In this document: piece by piece, positions 49,850 to 53,353 of the stretch
How the letters are laid out: every line of letters starts with the position of its first letter
How positions within the stretch are numbered: position 1 is the stretch's first letter
NCBI RefSeq assembly: GCF_006345805.1
Contig: NW_021834007.1
Coordinates: forward strand, 1-53,353
Source of the DNA: Octopus sinensis
Lineage: Eukaryota
Direction of reading: 5' to 3'
DNA length: 53,353 bases
Notes under the pieces: model-generated
Database searches by the model: none
Told to the model about the DNA's origin: nothing
Seen by the model: the letters and a program-made list of their open reading frames with translations, nothing else
Program-made: the position numbers and the translations under genes

Positions 49850-50182
49850 TGTTCTGTTGTGAAAATCGCAATGCCCAGATATGTAATGATCTTCTCTTAC
49901 GATTTGTGTCATATGTCAAAACACTTGTAAGACAATATCTGGACTTAAAAGACATGTGCTAGTTTAGAAAAACTTTCCTTCAGAATCAGGTTCCAAAGGG
50001 CAAAGATGAAGAAATAACTGAAGAAATAATATCTGTCACTTGTGTTTTAAACCGTGTCAGTCAGCAGCTGGTCTTAAACGCCATTTAAGAGCTCATCAAC
50101 AGGGTGATTGTGTTGTGTGATGAGGTGTTGTGTGAGTGTTGATGGGACAGCTATCACCTCTCAAGATGAAGCAATCATCATC
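49850..50182 (+). mobile_element. 3' end of an RTE-like LINE encoding two C2H2 zinc fingers, decayed
   Basis: CVICQNTCKTISGLKRHVLV* (from 49905) and ICHLCFKPCQSAAGLKRHLRAHQQGDCVV* (from 50031), followed by GATGAAGCAATCATCATCAT. Confidence 0.6.
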
Positions 50183-50242
50183 ATATATATATATTATATA
50201 TATATATATATAATATATATTATATAATATATACAATCATAC

Positions 50243-50405
50243 ATAGGCGCAGGCGTGGCTATGGTAAGTAGCTTGGTTACCAACCACATGGTTCTGGGTT
50301 CAGTCCTGCTGCATGGCAGCTTGGGTAAGTGTCTTCTACTATAGCCTCGGGCTGACCAAAGCCTTGCGAGTGGATTTGGTAGATGGAACCTGAAAGAAGC
50401 TCGTC

Positions 50406-50439
<34 letters not shown>

Positions 50440-50672
50440 ATAATTGTGTGTGTGTGTGTGTGTTTTTGTGTCTGTTTGTCCCCTCTACATCGCTTGACAA
50501 TCGATGCTGGTGTGTTTACGTCCCCATAACTTAGTGGTTCAGCAAAAAAGGCCGATAGAATAAGTACTTGGCTTACAAAGAATAAGTCCTGGGGTCGATT
50601 TGCTTGACTAAAGGCGGTGCTCTAGCATGGCCACAGTCAAATGACTGAAACAAGTAAAAGAGTAAAAGAGTA
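50243..50672 (+). mobile_element. Full-length composite SINE
   Basis: Same family as 34253-34667. Confidence 0.88.
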
Positions 50673-50846
50673 CACACACACACACACATACACATATTAT
50701 ATATATATATATCTATATAAACACATACATAGACAAATATATATATATATATATTATACACCAAGTAAGTATATATTGTTTATTAGCTGTGAAGTTACAT
50801 ATAACTCAAAAGCAATAATAATCCCCACTAATATGTATATTTACAG

Positions 50847-50990
50847 ATAGATCCATCAATGGAACGTCCCAGCAAAAGCTGTGACTGCCAACATGATGGT
50901 GACTGTACGTATGATATTACAGAAGGCTTGGAGAAAATTCCAGTATTCTTCGAAGGTAAACCTTGTATCAAATCATGGAAGAATTTCAAA
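50847..50990 (+). CDS. Candidate 144-nt exon resembling the N-terminus of a pre-SET domain (SETMAR/EHMT-like histone methyltransferase); gene probably continues beyond the window
   Basis: atttacag|ATA ... AAA|gtaagt. Open for 48 codons: IDPSMERPSKSCDCQHDGDCTYDITEGLEKIPVFFEGKPCIKSWKNFK. DITEGLEKIPV...GKPC...NFK resembles DVARGYENVPI...GEPC..DYKY (G9a) and DVACGQENLPV (SETMAR). Possible ATG at 50859. Confidence 0.5.
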
Positions 50991-51401
50991 GTAAGTCCCT
51001 TATATCCATAAAACCAACCCATTTTTACTTTATATGCTCCTTAAAGTTTAAAATCAATTATTCAGTTTTTACTTCATTTCTTAATTGTCATATCGATCTT
51101 CTTTTAATTATAAATATATATATATATACAGACTCACACACACACACATGTTGCAATTTGCCATTAGAAAGGGCATCCAGCTATAGGAGCCATGCCAAAG
51201 TGGACATTGGATCACTATGCTGTCACTGCACTCATAAGATCTTGTCAAATCATTCAACACATGCCAGAATATGTGTGTGTTGTGTGTGTGTGTGTGTGTG
51301 TGTGTGGGTGTGTGTGTGTGTGTGCGTGCATATGTATGTGTGGTGCGCATGCATGTTGTGTATGTATATGTATGTATATATATATATGTATATATATATA
51401 T

Positions 51402-51454
<53 letters not shown>

Positions 51455-52059
51455 AATATATATATATATAATAATTAATGTTATTATTGCCATATTAATT
51501 GGCATTCTTATAGATATAAGAATAATCGCTGCCATGGTCAGCTCCATGAGGCCACCGCCATCAAATAGCTATTGATACACGATCTGTATCCATTATAACC
51601 ATCGAACAAGGGAGGTCAGCTGCTTCACACTGTTTGAAGGTTATAATGGATACAGATCATGTATCAATAGCTATCTTGATGGCGGTGGCCTCATGTAGCT
51701 GACCATGGCAGCGATTATTCTTATATCTATAAGAAAGCCATATTAATATGGCGATAACAATTAATTTCCAGTAAACGCTGCCATAATCTCTTTTATAGAG
51801 ACTTAGTAATTTTAATATTTCTATTATATATATATATATAAGGGTTAGGCAAAAGAATTTGCTTCACCACACACCGAACTTTAAAAAGCAAATTCTTTTG
51901 CCTAACGTTTATTATAATAAATATTGTTTAAATTTACCGATAACGGTCTTTTACATACCGAATCACTACTTGGTGGAATTATTAATTATTAATTAATTAA
52001 TTAATTTTACCCTTATTATTATTATATATACATACATACAAACATATGTGCATATGTCT

Positions 52060-52354
52060 CTTTATTCATATGTATGTGTATTATAAATGCATACACATAT
52101 ATATACATATATATATATATATGTAAATGTGTATATATGTACATATATATGTGTGTGTTTATATGTATATGTAAATATATATGGATACATATCTATATGT
52201 ATGCATATATATAAACATATATATATATATATATATGCACATACACAATTAAGGAGATGCAAACAGGAAAAATTGATCTCAAAATATGAGTGTATGTATA
52301 TTTTTATTAATATTAGCAGAAGTAAGAGTGACATACACATATTCATATATACAC

Positions 52355-52388
<34 letters not shown>

Positions 52389-52730
52389 ATTATATATATA
52401 TTATATATGTGTGTGTGTTGTGTATGTTTTATTTTTCGTACAATACAATTACATTAATCCAAATATTCATAACATACACAATAAAAATGCAAACCATATA
52501 TACATCAACACACACTTTCACACACATACACTCACACACACACACACACACACACACAAATACACACTCACACATTCACATACATACACACACAAACACA
52601 AATACACATACACACACAAATACGCACACACAAATACTCATGCACACACACATACACATATATGCACACAGACACACACACACACACACACACACAAACA
52701 AACAAACAAACAAACACCCGTGCACACATT
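52060..52730. repeat. (TA)n/(CA)n microsatellite field
   Basis: Seen directly. Confidence 0.9.
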
Positions 52731-53353
52731 TCATTTACAAATTCAAAGAATTTTCATCGAGATATGAACCAACACGATGCAATTCCAATCCATCCATCTA
52801 TCACTCTTTGCCGCTGCCGCCAGCATCCCTTCCAACTCTCCTCCTCCTTCCGTTGCAGGCCCAACCAATTCTTCGTTATCAAGTCTGGATGTTGCCAAAT
52901 AATTATTTCCTTTTCTTTCTCTTTTAATATTTGTTTGTATTTCACTGTTGTTGTTGCTGTTGTTGTTGCTGTTGTTGTTATTCTGTTTGTTTATGTATTG
53001 ATAACTGTACCCCACCCCATCCTGTATTGTAAGATTGCCCAATTTGACATGACCGACACCCCTTGTATGTTTTTGTTTAATTTTTACTATTTGTTACTGT
53101 TTTTTTTGTCTGTATGTCTTAGTATCTGTTTTACTTTCTTTTCCATATTTTTTTTTGTTTGATTTGGGAGGAAGCATTTTGTTTTGTTTCATTGTTTTTT
53201 TCTTTTTAATAAATTCTCAACTTGCCGAGAAAAAATATTTACTTTAAAATATATTTAATTAATTTTTTTTTCATAGAATGTTGATTGAAAACTAAAAAAA
53301 AAAAACAAGAGCGAGCTATAAAAATTTTATCATTCTTTAAATTTCATTTAATT

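Noticed and set aside
43266-50990. Possible SET-mariner fusion, as in primate SETMAR, suggested by a mariner near a SETMAR-like exon
   Set aside because: The mariner is internally deleted, about 7 kb upstream of the exon and inside a DAG1 intron; mariner remnants are common here.
52740-52930. Non-repetitive stretch with open frames on both strands
   Set aside because: No recognisable motif or paired splice sites, and the frames run in from microsatellite.

Overview
Eukaryotic, AT-rich, microsatellite- and SINE-dense DNA. The repeat families look like those of Octopus, but that assignment is an inference. One complete multi-exon gene is reconstructable by hand: a minus-strand dystroglycan (DAG1) orthologue with 4 coding exons (44036-43827, 41834-40592, 39478-37601, 36759-35594; 4497 nt, 1498 aa), all introns GT-AG. 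It keeps the signal peptide, Ig/CADG and S6-like domains, furin site, second CADG, SEA domain with G|S cleavage site, TM helix and PPxY tail. It also has a ~825-aa mucin-like region, a proteoglycan-type Ser-Gly cluster on a frame-preserving (phase 1-1) exon, and a C-terminal PDZ-type motif. A 144-nt plus-strand exon missed by the ORF track (50847-50990) resembles the start of a pre-SET domain (SETMAR/EHMT-like). I found no recognisable host exon in the first ~35 kb, which holds microsatellites, tRNA-derived SINEs and decayed transposons (Tc1, mariner, hAT, Helentron-like, CRE-like, R4/Dong-like). Also notable are a minimal hammerhead ribozyme with an intact core in sense orientation just upstream of the first DAG1 coding exon, several foldback palindromes, and several local tandem duplications. 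Almost all other ORFs in the track are translations of simple repeats or SINEs. All calls are by eye; no database searches were run and repeat boundaries are approximate.
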